The notes under the pieces: model-generated
What the model saw: the letters and a program-made list of their open reading frames with translations, nothing else
The model's database searches: none
Told to the model about the DNA's origin: nothing
NCBI RefSeq assembly: GCF_009914755.1
Contig: NC_060939.1
Length of the DNA stretch: 64,000 nt
Source of the DNA: the human T2T-CHM13v2.0 reference genome, Homo sapiens
Reading direction: 5' to 3' (one strand)
In this document: piece after piece, positions 43,619 through 59,934 of the stretch
Layout: each line of letters opens with the position of its first letter
Numbering within the stretch: the stretch's first letter is position 1
Program-made: the position numbers and the translations under genes

Positions 43619-44328
43619 TGTGAACCAAAAGTATTTGAGACAGGTTTCAATCAATTTAGAACATTTATTTTGTCAGGGTTAAGAACATGCCCTTGGCACA
43701 GTCTCATGAGGTCCTGATGACATGTGCCCAAACAAGATGATCAGGGTACAGCTTGGTTTTATACATTTTAGGGAGACATGAGACATCAACCAATACATGT
43801 AAAATGTACAGTGGTTTGGTCTGGAAGGGTAGGACAACTTGAAGGGGGGGGTTTCAGGTCATCGGTAGATGAGAAATGGTTGCATTCTTTTGAGTCTTTG
43901 ACTAGCCTTTCACTGAATACACAATTCACATATGAACTGGGGTACAGAAAAAGTCACTTATGTCTTAGTCTGGCTCAGTGAATCTGCATTTTTACATAAA
44001 CAATAGGGAAGAGGAAGCAATCAGATACGCATTTGTCTCAGGTGAGCAGAGGGATGACTTTGAGTTCTCTCTTTTGTCCTGTACCTGTGAAGATAAACTA
44101 TCAATTTACATTGCCAGGGTGAAATTCAACTGTTTCAGGGTAAAGATCTTGAGGCCCACAAGGAATTTCCTTGTGGGCAAATTGTGAGGCAGGTAAGTAG
44201 CTTTTTAATCTTTGTAGCTATCTTATTTAGGAATCAAATGGGAGGCAAGTTTGCCTGAGGCAGTTCCCAGCTTGACTCTTCCCTCTGGCTTGGCGATTTT
44301 GGCGTCCAAAGACTTATTCCATTTCACA
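43619..44328 (-). mobile_element. MER4A/B-like ERV1 solo LTR inside MaLR internal region
   Basis: Minus-strand start tgtgaaatggaataagtc...agtcaagctgggaactgc; 710 bp; TSD gtta/gttg. Confidence 0.82.
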
Positions 44329-44710
44329 GTTGTAACAAGTTATAACAACTCTCCACTCTCTAGTACCACTTTTCTTAGTTTGCTTTGTGCTGCTATAACA
44401 GGGTACTTGACTGGGTAATTTATAATGAATGGAAATGTATTAGTTTACAGTTTTGGAGGCTGGGAAGTCTAAGATTAAAAGGCCAGAATCTTGCAAAGGC
44501 CTTCTTGCTGCATCATGCTATGATGGAAGGCATCACATGGTAGAAGAGCAAAAAGAGGGCAAGAAAACGAGCAAGAAAGGCAAATCTACTCTCCTGATAG
44601 TGAACTCACTCTCAGGAAAACAGCATTTGTCCATTGATGAGGGTGGAGCTCTAATGGACTCATCATCTCTTAAAACTCCCACCTCCCAATGACATTATAA
44701 TAGCAATGAA

Positions 44711-45039
<329 letters not shown>

Positions 45040-45406
45040 TTACACTATAGCAATGAACCAATATTAATAAATTATTATTAATTAAAGTATATAGTTTATA
45101 TTATAGTTTCACCCTTTGTGTTGAACTTTCTGTGAGTTTTAACTAATGCATAATGAAATGTACCCACTATTACAGTTTCTTACAGAATAACGTAACTGCC
45201 TTAAAAATCCCCCATGCTCCACCTATTCATCCCTCATTCCCTCTTCTGGAAATCCTGGCAACCACTTATCTCTTTACTGTCTCCATAGTTTTGTCTCTTT
45301 TCAGAATGTCATAGAACCATATAGCATGTAGCCTTTTCAGATAATCTTCTTTTAATTAGCAATATGCACTTAAGGCTCATCCAGTCTTTCTGTGGCATGA
45401 TTTTAG

Positions 45407-45712
45407 TTTTTTTTTTTTTTTTTTTTTTTTGAGACCAAGTGTTGCTCTGTCACCCAGGCTAGAGTGCAGTGGTGTGATCTCAGCTCACTGCAACCTCCAC
45501 CTCCTGGGTTAAAGCGATTCTCCTGCCTCAGTCTCCAGAGTAGCTAGGATCACAGGCACCCACCACCATGCCCAGCTAATTTTTGTATTTTTAGTAGAGA
45601 CGGGGTTTCATCATGTTGGCCAGGCTAGTCTCAGACTCCTGACCTCAAGTGATCCGCCTGCCACGGCCTCCCAAAGTGCTGGGATTACAGGCATGAGCCA
45701 CCACGCCTGGCC
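45407..45712 (-). mobile_element. AluS (Sz/Sx-like)
   Basis: Antisense Alu; TSD tgattttag. Confidence 0.93.
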
Positions 45713-46099
45713 TGATTTTAGCTTTGAATAATATTCCGTTGGATGGATGTACTAAAGTTTGTTCATCCACTCATCTAATGAAGGACATCTTGGTTGCTTC
45801 AAATGTTTAGCAATTATGAATAAAGCTGCTACGAACATTCATGTATTGGTTTTTTAATAAATGTAAGTTTCAACTTATTTGGGTAAATACCAAGGAGCAC
45901 AGTCGCTGGATCTTATGTTAAGAATATATTCAGTTTTGTATAAAACTGCTAAACTGTCTTCTAGAGTGGCTGTGCCATTTTGTATTTCCACCAGCAATGA
46001 ATGAGAGTTCCTCTTGTTCCATATTCTCACCAGCATGTGGTATTGTCAGTGTTTTGAATTTTGCTGTTCTAATAGGTGTGTAGTGGATTTAATAGATTT

Positions 46100-47055
46100 T
46101 TAAGGACACTTTGTACTTTGAAGTAAATTTATATTTACAGAAAAGTCACACAGGTAATACAGAGAATTCCTGTGTACCACTCAACCAATCTCCCCAATGT
46201 TAACATCTTAAATTACCGTGGTATACTTGTCAAGACTAAGATACCAACGTTGATACACTGTCAGTCACTAAACTCCAGATTTTATTCATATTTCATTAGT
46301 ATTTCTATTAATGTCTCCCTTTTGTTTCAGGATCCCATCCAGGATAACACATTGCATTCAGCCATATGTCTCCTTAGTTTCCTCTGGTCTATGACAGTTT
46401 CTCAGTCTTTCTTCATTTTCCATTACCTTGACAGTTTTAAGGTGCACTGGTAAGGCATTTTGTCTCTCAATCTGAGTTTATCTGATACTCAGGATTAGAT
46501 CAGAATTACAGGATTTGGGTAAGAATACCACAGAGGTGAAATGTCCTTCTCATCACATCCTATAATGGGGTATGTGCAATAAAAATAACCTATTACTGGT
46601 GATGTTAATCTTGATCATTTGATTAAGGTGCTGTTTATCAGATTTGTTTACTATAAAGATGTTATTCCTCTCCTTTCATGCTCTATTATTTGTAAGGAAG
46701 TCACTAAGTCCAATCAACACTTGATGGTAGGGGATTATTTATATCAGTATAATAAAGTTATGTATATGGTTTTTATACTTTAAATTTTGTTGCTAAAATT
46801 GTTATAGCTTTGGCCATTGGAGACGTGTTCAGGATGGCTTTCTGTCTACTTGATGTCTCTAGCCTTTTATTTTTTTGAGTACTTCCTTACTTTCAGACAC
46901 TATAACATACTTCAGGCTCATATTGTATCTTCTCTGCCCCAGATACAGAATCAGCCATTTCTTCAAAAAGTCCAGATTTTTTCTATTAAGCTATCGTATT
47001 TTGAAACAAAGATCCAGGTACTAGGTGTGCTTGCTGTCACTGGTGTGTTACCACA
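46100..47055 (-). mobile_element. L1MC4/5-like 3' region
   Basis: 'ctccccaatgttaacatctta', 'caggatcccatccaggataacacattgcatt', 'tacagaatcagccatttcttcaa'. Confidence 0.6.
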
Positions 47056-47271
47056 ATGATTTACTTATCTTTGAACTAAGATTATAACATGAGGAGGTAT
47101 AATTTGAAAATTTGACTTTTCTTAAATTTAAATACCTGAGAGGAGTTACTTCAGCAAAGTATCTTGAATTGTTCTACCTAATGGCTTAGAAAAATCATAC
47201 GATTGTCAAAAATATTTTTTATTTGTGATTTTAACCTGTCTCATTTGTACCTATATTAAAAATGATTTATT

Positions 47272-47460
47272 GCTGGGCATGGTGGCATGTGCCTATAGTA
47301 GCAGCTACTTGGGAGGCTAAGGCAGGAAGACTGCTTGAGTCCAGGCTTCTGAAGCCATAGTGTGCGATGACAATGCCTGTGAATAGTCACTGCACTCCAG
47401 CCTGGGCAACACAGTAATATCTCATCACAAAAAATAAATAAATAAATAAAAATAAAAATA
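47272..47460 (+). mobile_element. FAM (free Alu monomer)
   Basis: Single monomer keeping the 7SL-derived 'gcctgtgaatagtcactgcactccagcctgggcaac'; (TAAA)n tail. Confidence 0.8.
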
Positions 47461-47882
47461 TTATTATAGAAATAACAGAACCATCAGGAATAGCTGTAAA
47501 TGTTCATGTATCTATTCGGTTTTCTGCAATCTGGAACAGGCATATTAGTGTAGTATGGTGATAGCTTTATTTTTTCAGCTAAAATACTTTGTCTCTGTAT
47601 AGTTCTCCGAACTGCTTTTCCCCTTATACTAATAAATACCTTTACTCAGTCTTTACATACGTAAGGTAACAAAAATAAATTAATTCACTAGTTAGCTGTT
47701 ATTTGGGAGTGGTAATAGAGGAAAGTTTCCACATACATTTAAAAAAAATAGGTAAAGAAAAGTGCAGCACAACTATAGTTGTATGGAAAGCCTTATTGGT
47801 ACAAGTCAAAATGGTATATCATCATCAAAATGGTCTCATGTTTAGTGGAAAAAGCTATCCTTGGACTGAAGAAACCTGGGAT

Positions 47883-48104
47883 ACATTTACAATAGCTACA
47901 AATAAAATTAAATACCTAGGAATTAACTGAAGAGGTGAAAGACCTCTGCAATGAAAACTACAAAACACTGATGAAAAAACTTGAAAAGGTCACAAAAAAT
48001 GGAAAGATATTCCATGTTCATGGATTGGAAGAATGAATACAGTTAAAATGTTCAGACTACCCAAAGCAATCTACAGGTTGAACGCAATACTGATCAAAAT
48101 ACCA
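47883..48104 (+). mobile_element. L1 ORF2 (RT C-terminal region) fragment, sense
   Basis: Translates FTIATNKIKYLGIN; 'gatattccatgttcatggattggaagaat'. Confidence 0.85.
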
Positions 48105-48420
48105 GTTTTGTCTGGTTTTGGTATCAGGGTAATACTGGCTCATAGAATGAGTTTGGAAGTATTCCCTCCTCATCTATTTTTTGGAATACTTTAAGTAGGA
48201 TTGGTATCAGCTCTTTAAATGTTTGGTAGAAATCAGCAGTGAAGCCATTAGGTTCTGTCTGGGCTTTTCTTTACTGGGAGACTTTTCATTATGGTTTTCA
48301 TCTTGTCACTTGTTATAGGTCTGCTCAGGTTTTGGATTTCTTCCTGTTTCAATCTTGGTAGGTTGTATGTGCTGGAAATTTGTCCGTTTCTTTTAGATTT
48401 TCCAATTTATTGGCATGTAG

Positions 48421-48788
<368 letters not shown>

Positions 48789-49731
48789 TAACATCTTCTT
48801 TTTCATCTCTGATTTTATTTGGCTCTTCTCATTTTTTTTCCTTAGTCTGGCTAAAGGTTTGTCAATTTTATTTTTCCAAAAACCAACTTTTTGTTTTATT
48901 GATCTTTTGTATTATTTTCTTCATTTCAAAATCATGTATTTCTGTTCTGATTTTTTTTTTCTTCTACTAAGTTTGGTTTTGGTTTGCTCTGGCTTTTCTA
49001 GTTTTTAAGATACATTGTTAGGATGTTTATTTGGTTTTTCATCTTTTTTTTGATGTAGGCATTTATAGATATAAACTTCTCTCTTAGTACCATTTTTGCT
49101 GTATCTCATACGTTTTGGTATGATGTATTTCCATTACCATTTGTTTCAAAAAATTTTTCAATTTTCTTCTTAATTTCCTTATTGACCCATTGATCATTTG
49201 TGAGCATATTGTTTAATTTTCATGTATTTGTATAGTTTCCAAAATTTCTCATTATTGACTTCTAGTTTTATTCCATTGTGGTCACAGAAGATGCTTGCTA
49301 TTTTTTCAATTTTTTGAATGTTTTAAGACTTATTTTATGACCTAATATATGGTTTTTCCTTTAGAAAGATTCATGTTCTAAAGAAAATAATGTGTATTCT
49401 GCAGTCATTCAATGAAATGTTCTGTAAATATCTGTTAGATCCATTTGGTCTATAGTGTAGACCAACATTGTTTGCATAAACAAACAAACAAAAAGAAATA
49501 ATAAAGACCCTGCACCTTAAAAGTTAAAAAGTGTCCCCCAACTTTTAAACTTTTTATTATTACTGTTTATATGTTATTGTACTGCCCATGTCTTGAAAAG
49601 TTGTTGTAGTCATTATTTTAGATTGGTTCATTGTTTAGTCTTTCTACGTAGGATACGAGTAGTTTATACACTACAGTTACAGTGTTATAATATTCTGTGT
49701 TTTTCTGTGTACTTACTATTACCAGTGAGGT

Positions 49732-49947
49732 GGTTTTTGTTTTGTTTTGTTTGGAGACAGTGTGTTTTCTGTCACCTAGGCTGGAGTGCAGTGGCACAAT
49801 TTCAGCTCACCATAGCCTTGACCCTCTGGGCTCAAGGAATTGTCCCACCTCAGCCACCAAGTAGCTGGGACCACAGACACGTGCCACTATGCCTGGCTAA
49901 TTTTTGTATTTTTGTAGAGACGGGGTTTCAGCATGTTGCCCAGGCTG
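49732..49947 (-). mobile_element. 5'-truncated AluJ inside L1
   Basis: (TTTTG)n tail, right arm plus part of left arm; TSD accagtgag. Confidence 0.85.
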
Positions 49948-52925
49948 AACCAGTGAGTTTTATACCATCAGATAATTTCTTATTGCTCATTAACGCCCTT
50001 TTCTTTCTGATTGAAATACTCCCTTTAGCATTTCTTGTAGAACAGGTCTTGTGTTGATGAAATTCCTCATCTTTTGTTTGCCTGGAAAAGTCTTTATCTT
50101 TCCTTCATGTTGGAAGGATAATTTTGTTGGATATATTATTCCAGGGTAAAAGTTTTTAGCACTTTAAATATGTCATGCCACTCTCTCCTGGCCTGTAAGG
50201 TTTCCCTGAAAGTCTGCTCCAGGCATAGTGGAGCTCCATAGTATGTTATTTGGTTCTTTTCTCTTGCTGCTTTTAGGGCCTTTTCTTTATCCTTGACCTT
50301 TGAAAGTTTGATTATTAAATGCCCTGAGGTAGTCTTCCTTGGGTTAAATCTTCTGGGTGTTCTATAACTTTCTTGTACTTGGATATTGATATCTTCCCCT
50401 ATGTTTGAAAAATTCTCTGTTATTATTGCTTTGAATATTCTATCCCTATCGATTTCCCTACCTCCTCTTTAAGGCCAATTACTCTTAAATTTGCTGTTTT
50501 GAGGCTATTTTCTCGATCTTGTAGGTTTGCTTCATTGTTTTGTTTTCTTTTTTCTTTTCTATGTATTTTCAAATAGACTGTCTTCAAGTTCACTAATTCT
50601 TTCTTCTGCTTGATCAATTCTGCTATTAAAAGACTCGGATGTATTCTTCAGTATGCCAATTGCATTTTCAACTCTAGAATTTCTGCTTGATTCTTTTAAA
50701 TTATTTCAATCTATTTGTTAAATTTAGCTGATAGAATTCCAAATTCCTTCTCTGTGATATCTTGAATTTCTTTGAGTTTCCTAAAAACAGCTATTTTGAA
50801 TTTTCTGTCTGAAAGGTCACATATCTCTGTTTCTCTAGTGTTGATTCCTGGTGTTTTATTTAGCTCATTTGGTGAGGTCATGTTTTCCTGGATCATCTTG
50901 ATATTTATAGATGTTTGTCTGTGTCTGGGCATTGAAGAATTAGGTATTTATTATAGTCTTCATAGTCCAGGCTTGTTTGTATCCATAGTTCTTTAGAAGG
51001 CTTTCCGGATATTTGAAAGGACTTGGGTGTTGTGATCTAACCTGTATCTGCTTTTTGGCACCCAAAGCTCGGTAAACTGTGGTTCTTGCAGACTTGTAGA
51101 GGTATACTGCCTTGACTGGACAAGATCCAGGAGAATTCTCTGGATTACCAGATAAAAACTCTTTGTTCTCTTCCCTTACTTTCTCTCAAACAAATGGAGT
51201 CTCTTCCTCTCTGTTTTGAGCCACCTGGAGCTGGGGATGGAGTGACACAGGAATCCTTGTGGTCACTACCCCTGGGACTGTACTGGGTCAGACCTGAAGC
51301 CAACACAGCACTGAGTCTCACCCAGGCCTGCTGCAACCACTCCCTGGCTACCACCTATGGTCACTCGAAGCCCTGGGGCTCTACAATCAGGACTGTGTCC
51401 TTTTCTTCAGGGTGGCGAGTTCCCCTAGGCCCCAGGCAGGTCCAGAGGCGTCATCTGGGAGCCAGGGACTACTGTCAAAAACCTTAGAAGCCCACCTGGT
51501 GTTCTACTATACTGCAGCTGAGCTGGCACTCAAATCACAAGACACAACCCTTTCCACTCTTCCTTCCCCTTTCCAAAGGCAGAGGAGCCTCACCTTGTGG
51601 CCATCACTACCTCAGACCCACAAGGTATAGTGCCAGACTACCACCAATGTTCCCTTAAGGCCCAAGGGCTCTTCAGTTAGCTTGTGGTGAATGCTGCCTG
51701 CCCTAGGACTCACCTCTCAGGGGAGTGGGCTCCCCTTCTGGCCCAGGGCAGGTCCAAAAATGCCATCCAAAAGCGAAGTCCTGGAGTCCTGGGAGCCCCA
51801 AGAGTCTGCTTGATGCTCTACCCAACTGTGGCTGAGCCGGGATCCAAGGTGCAAGACAAAGTCCCACTTTTATCAAAGAGAAGAAGTCTTGCCCTGTAGT
51901 CACAACTGGGAATGTGCTGAGTCTCCCATGAAACCAGCAAGTCTCAGAATCTCACCCAAGGCCCTCAACATAGTACCTGGGTATTGCTGCTGGTTATTCA
52001 GGGCTCAAGGGATCTTCAGTTAGCAGGTGATGAATCCTGCCAGGACTGAGCCCTTCCCTTTAAAGCAGCAGATTTCCTTATGTCCCAAGGTGTGTCTAGA
52101 AATGTCCTGAAGCTAGGGCCTGCAAAGGGAGTTCAAGACTCTGAATGGTGTCCTATCCTGCTGTGGCTGAGCTGGTATCCAAGATACAAAATAATGTCCT
52201 CCCCACTTTTCCATCTCCTCTCCTCAAGTTGAAAGAAGAGGTCTCTATTGGATCTGTGAGCTGTGCAGCCTGGGTTTAGGGGCGGGGTGATGCCCGTACT
52301 CCCTTAGCTGTCCCAGCTGGTATCTCAGTAGGTCACATGTCCCCTCCAGTCTACTGTCTGTGGGCTCATTTCGGCACTAGGACTCACCTAGGTGTTGCAG
52401 TCCTAGTGGCCTAGACTGCCTTTCAAGTTTATTTGGAGCCCCAGAGCACTGTAGACTGTGGTGATGAGGCTTGCAGGAATTGAAGTTCCCATCAGTGGGA
52501 TCTGCAATTCCCCTCTAAATAGGGCTCGTTTAAATGCTCCCTCCTTGGGTGGGTGTCAACTGAGTTTGGTCTGGTTTTGCTTTTTGCTATAATAATGGCA
52601 GCACTGAGTTCAATGCCTTACAATTGCTGGCTCTCCCTCTCCTCAGGGCACAGAAATATTCTCTGCACCATGCTGCTGCTTCCGGGAAATGGAAGGGGGG
52701 TGGCATGGGCCATCCAAGACTATTTCTTCTACCTCTTCAGTGCCTCTTCCAGTGATATAGAGTTAAAACCAGGTACTGTGAGTTCTCATCTGATTTTTGG
52801 TTCATACAAAGGTGCTTTTTTTGTGTGTAGAAAGTTGTTAAATTGGTGTCCTTGTTGCGGGTGGACAATCAGTGGAGCTTTCTTTTCTGCCATCTTGCTC
52901 CACCCATCTCTGTAATCACAGCACT

Positions 52926-53349
52926 TGTATTAGTCTGTTTTGTGTTGCTATTAAGGAATACTTGAGGCAGGGTAATTTATGAATAAGAGATTTACTTGGC
53001 TTAGTTCTGCAAGCTGTACAGGAAGCATGGTGCCAGCATCGGCTCGGCTTCTGGTGAGGCCTCAGGAAGTTTTTACTTATGGTGGCAGGGAAGAGGAGCC
53101 AGCATGTCACATGGTGAGAGAGGGAGCAAGAGTGAGGGGAGGAGGTGCCAGGGTCTTTGAAACAATTCAATCTCATGATCTCGCAGGAGCAAACAGAGTA
53201 AGAACTCACTCATTACCACGGGTAGGCACCAAGCTATTCATGAGCGATCTGCCCCCATGACTCAAATACTCTCCACTAAGCTGTACTTCAAAGATTGGGG
53301 ATCACTTTTCAACTTGAAATTTTGGGGAACAAACATCCAAACTGTATCA
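52926..53349 (-). mobile_element. MaLR solo LTR (MSTB-like)
   Basis: tgtattagtctgttttgtgttgcta...aaacatccaaactgtatca, 424 bp. Confidence 0.85.
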
Positions 53350-53605
53350 GTATTACTGGGAGTGAACTGGAAAGACAGGAGGTAGCAATCAGGGAGTGAG
53401 GTGCTCAAAATGAGATTATGGAGGGCTTGCTGTTATTCGTAATGACAAGGCTCAATGTATTGGCTCAGTATATGACCAAGAGATTTAGTGTCTTTGGATG
53501 AAAAAGAGTAGGTCAAGTGTTGGAAAGACAGCCTTGTCTACCTTGGAAGGATATTGTGATCACTAATAATTGACACAGAACCTGGAGTTAAAATATTCAA
53601 GGCAA

Positions 53606-53981
<376 letters not shown>

Positions 53982-54009
53982 CTAAAATAAGAACTTCTGC
54001 AACACTTTT

Positions 54010-54690
54010 TTCTATCACATTTGCAAAAATAAAAAAGATTGATAGGTTCTAGTATTTGCCAAGCATGGGAGGAGTATGGTATAACATTTTCACAGGCAGC
54101 CTAGCAATATTTATCTTAATTCTCATACTCAGCAATTCCATTATGGAAAACTTATCCTACAAAAATAGTTGCAAGAGAATGCAAAGACATTTGTACAATA
54201 ATGTTCAACTGCAGAAATGCTTACAATAGTAAAATACTAAAAAGAATCTAGATATTCATCAACAGACAATTAGCAAAATAAAGTATACACCCATCAATGA
54301 AAAACCATGCAACCATGAAAAAGAATGAAGGGACTGGCCGTGGTGGCTCATGCCTGTAATCTCAGCATTTTGGGAGGCTGCGGTGGGGGGATCACTTGAG
54401 GTCAGCAGTTTGAGACCAGCCTGGCCAATGTGGTGAAACCCCGTCTCTACTAAAAATAAAAAAAATTAGAAAGGTGTGGTGGCGGGCACCTGTAATCCCA
54501 GCTACTCGGGAATCTGAGGCAGTAGAATCACTTGAACATGGGATATGGAGATTTCAGTGAGCCAAGATCGCCCCATTGCACTCCAGCCTAGGCAACAAGA
54601 GCAAAACTCTGTATCAAAAGTAAATAAATAAATGAAGGGGTACTACATGTACAGACATAAAACAATCTCCATTGTATTTTATTAAGTGTG
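54010..54690 (+). mobile_element. L1ME-like 3' fragment split by Alu
   Basis: 'ctcagcaattcca', 'aaagacatttgtacaataatgttca', 'aaccatgcaaccatgaaaaagaatga'. Confidence 0.6.
54332..54631 (+). mobile_element. AluS (Sq-like)
   Basis: Full Alu; TSD aatgaaggg. Confidence 0.9.
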
Positions 54691-54984
54691 GGACAAAAGA
54701 CAAAATGGCACAAATTCTTTTTGTTGTTATAAAAATTAAAAATCTTGGATTTTATAAGCTTGTACAGGTTCTAGAATAAGAAAAAATTAAGGTACACTGT
54801 TACAAAATCAATAAAAGAAAATTAGTTGTGCAAAAGGAATCATTAAGACTTTCTCAGGGCTTTGTGGAATGCTCCAGTGGCCTAAAGAACCCTGGTTTCT
54901 TCCCTGGGAACAGCTGAAGAATAAAGACAGCAGGAATTTGAAGTTCACCTCAAGCCAAACACTATAACTTCCCTTATAGACAAG

Positions 54985-55442
54985 CACAAAGGTCTTGGAC
55001 ATGGGTCTGGCACTATGTCCTCTCTGACTGCACCCACCTCACCCCTCATCACTCTCCACACTCCAGCCACTAGCCTTTTTCCTCTATTCTCTAATGTACT
55101 GAGTTTATTCCTACTTCTTGCAGTCGTACTTAATATTTTCATTGTCTTTAATGCAGATCTTTGCATGGCTGGCTTCTTGTCAATCAAATCTCCACTCAAA
55201 CATCACCTTTCAGATAAATGCTCTGCTTCCCTGACTTTAAATTCATTGTTTTATTTATTTTATAGTATTTATCACTCTCAAAAGATACTCTGTTTATTTG
55301 TTTGCCTGTTTGTTATCGTGTATGGCCCCCAACCCCCCACAGGAGGAACCTGCTATGTTTAGTTCACCATTGTACTTCCAATATTTAGAAAAGTACCTGG
55401 TATATATGGGGTACTTACTATTTGTTGAGTGAATGCATGAAG
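54985..55442 (+). mobile_element. L2 3' end
   Basis: 'ctccagccactagcc', 'ctcaaacatcaccttttcaga', 'tagaaaagtacctggtatata...tatttgttgagtgaatgcatgaa'. Confidence 0.75.
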
Positions 55443-55924
55443 AAATGGCTAGGAAGTAGTCATACATCTAAGTAACTAAGGCTGATTCTTCTGGCTTGCC
55501 CCAGATTGAGCCTGTAGCAAATTCCTGAGACATCTAATTTAAAAAACTGCATTTAATGGCAAACTTCTGTTCCAACAAGGTAAGCATGATAGTAAGGCCT
55601 CTTTTGTTTGTGTGCAGGTGTGGGGTGATAAGGTGGTGGTGGTGGTATATCCCATGCTTCACATACCACAACCTAACTTCTGAGCATTCTTTGTTTCTCC
55701 TTCCACTCAAACCAACTCTGCTAGTTCCAACTGGGTTCACAATTTAGCTCAAACATTACCATGTCTACAGCTTGAAATAAATTAGATTCAGAATACAACA
55801 AATCAAAATTTACAATAAGAACAAGAGATCAGTGGCTATTTGTTAATTTCTTATAATTGTACTTTCTTTTTCCTATTTAATATTAACAACACCCAAACTA
55901 TGACATTTGAATAATATTGACTCC

Positions 55925-56310
55925 ACTCATAGACTTAAGCCAAATTTAGGAATGGGCATGTAACAGCTGGCTTAAGCCAATGAAAACATTGCATTTCTTG
56001 GCCTTGTCAACTAAAATAGGATTGGGCATGTGATCTAAACTGTATCAATGCAAGTAATTCAGTATTTTTGTTGGGAAAATTGGATATGGATTCTCTATTT
56101 TGTACTGGCTTGGTGCTTGGTGGTATGGGTATATGAAGCTTGGAACAGCTTATGGCAATGAGGAGAGAAACTGGAGCTACTGGAATGTCCTATCAGGATG
56201 GAGTAAATCCAGAGGAAGTAGAATTGAGAGATAAAATGTGTGAACACTGGATCAAGCTACATCTGAAAAGAGATCATTCCATTTCTGTATGCTGAAATCA
56301 AAATATTCTT
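55925..56310. mobile_element. Ancient ERVL LTR (LTR33-like)
   Basis: 'cttaagccaatg...gattgggcatgtgatctaa', 'ctggatcaagctacatctgaa'. Confidence 0.4.
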
Positions 56311-56392
56311 AACTGATATCAAGGAAAACATAGGTCTTCAGTCAGGCTCTACTTCTATCTCTGGTATCTGGGAAACAACCTTTAGGAGATGT

Positions 56393-56723
56393 TGTCAGTG
56401 CTCTGTCCAGAAGCCCTTTTACCATTTCCGGGCATTCACTTCCCTTTGGTATAACAGCCACACTCCCTTTAGCTACTGGAGCCACTTGGGCCACAAGTGA
56501 AAGAGAGCCTGGGAGTTTTCCAATGACTGTCTAGTCCAGGGGTAGGAAAGTCCAGTTCCCTTTCCTTGGTTTGGACAACCTTGTGGTATAAAGTATATTC
56601 CAGAGTTCCCATGCAAGACAACTTTTGTCTGAGGCTGCACTGTGCCAGGCTTCCTTCTCTTTCCTGTCCTGACCTTCGTTTATAAACACTTGCATACAAG
56701 TCTTCATCTCCTAGCTTAAGACA
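56393..56723 (+). mobile_element. Ancient ERVL LTR (LTR16-like)
   Basis: tgtcagtgc...'tgaggctgcac'...'ataaacacttgcatacaagtcttcatctc'...taagaca. Confidence 0.45.
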
Positions 56724-57662
56724 GTCTCCTCAATGTGTGTGCACAGGTCGATTACTTGGCAAAAAAATCCAATAAAAATATTAGAACTCAGAGAATAAAT
56801 GCTCTATTCACCTCTGAATTTCACTAGTGGATATTGTACTTTCAAAAAATGCAATTATGAAAGTATTCAATGTAATCCAGAGAGAATAGAGAGAGCCTGA
56901 TTGCACTGCAGTTTCAGGCTCTTCCTACCAAAAATTCAGTTTTGAGTGTGTGTTTCCCAAAATATACACTGTTTTAAAATTTCAAATTCATAAAAACTTA
57001 TAGTCTTCCAGATTTTAGCTTTTGAAAATGGAGGGTTCTTTCTCAAATACTTGAATTCCTATATATCAAGGTCTCTGCTTACAATATTATTCTTTCTCAC
57101 AGTGTGCTATATATACTGTGGTAGATTTGCTATCTGAGATGCAAGAAAGTGTACTGCAGTTGGAGAATATTCAACTTAGAAACTACTCATTGTGCTTTCA
57201 AAGTTTAATTTGTGTTATGAGTATTTTCTTAGTTAAAAAAGAAACAAAAGAGAACATGGACTAATAATATATTGAAATAATGCCACCACATGTTTAGTTT
57301 AATGTGTGATAAGATGGAATTGAAGAACAAAGAGCTTTCTAATCAAGTATTTAGATAGAACCATGCATGTTTCTGGCATTAAATTTTATGTTCTTACTCT
57401 CATATGCATAAATATGAGGTACCAGATATCTGCCATATTAAGTCAGCATTATATACTCATGGAAAAATAATTATTTCATTTTGTAAAGTTGATATCTAGG
57501 TCCATATAAGTAGTCAAAAAGTAAGAAGCATCAAACTGAATTTTGGTGAAGTTTTTCAGATAGGAATAATTTAGTATAGTTAAAAAGTAACAAGTATAGG
57601 CCATGAAACCCCTTAAAGGAATTTGCCTTATTGTAATCACATGTTAGAAAACCTCAAGTGTT

Positions 57663-57982
<320 letters not shown>

Positions 57983-58495
57983 TTATTGGTAATCAGGTAT
58001 CTACTATTTATATGTATCCTAATGGTAATCTGACCATGATTTTGATATCCTTTTTGTGGACCTGTAAACCAGTATGATCTGATTAGTTTAGATCATCACC
58101 AGTAAGAATAATTGCTTTAATTCAATCTGTAATCTGGAAGTTATTTAGTTACTCAATATTCTTAAGACTGGGGCTCTTACATACTGCTTTCTATGACACT
58201 TTTAATGTATTCTGTTAATAAACACTATTTTTGTTCCTAGTCGATAGATATTTTTGTTCCTAGTTGATAAAGTCGATAGATAAGTGGCTCATCTCCATTA
58301 CATAATCTGGTGAGTTGTTGAAGGAAGTTTTATACTGTACATCATGACTGTTTTTCTTGGGTTGGAATGCATGCACATAGGCATTGTTTTGCTTAGGTAT
58401 TGGGTTTTCCTCTACAATTTTACTTGATGGTAATCTTTACAAAAACCTCTCCCAGTTTCCTTATTTAAAAATTCAGCATTAAAAGAATGACCATT

Positions 58496-59586
<1,091 letters not shown>

Positions 59587-59934
59587 TGACCATTAAGCAG
59601 TAAATGAAGTCTTGCTGTCAGGAACAGTATGGCAAGAAGTATTTCCTGCTTACAAAATCACTTTATCGGGAGTAGTTGTCTTCCTCACTACTGGGCAATG
59701 TTTTATTAAGGCATTTCAATATGCATCCTGCTTTAATTAGCTATGCAAATAGTACACCACCTTCAGGAGCAAATGCTACTGAGAACCCAGCCACACTTGG
59801 GGAGCCAATTCCCACATCTACAATTTAGTAATGAGATTATTTTGGGCAAAGCTTTCATGTTTCTGTGGTTCTCTTTCTCTTCTTGGAAATTTGGGAAAAG
59901 ACTATGTTGCCTATGCAATTCCGTCACTTAATAC

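Noticed and set aside
47272-47460. 7SL RNA gene
   Set aside because: It lacks most of the S domain and is diverged with an A-rich tail; it fits FAM.
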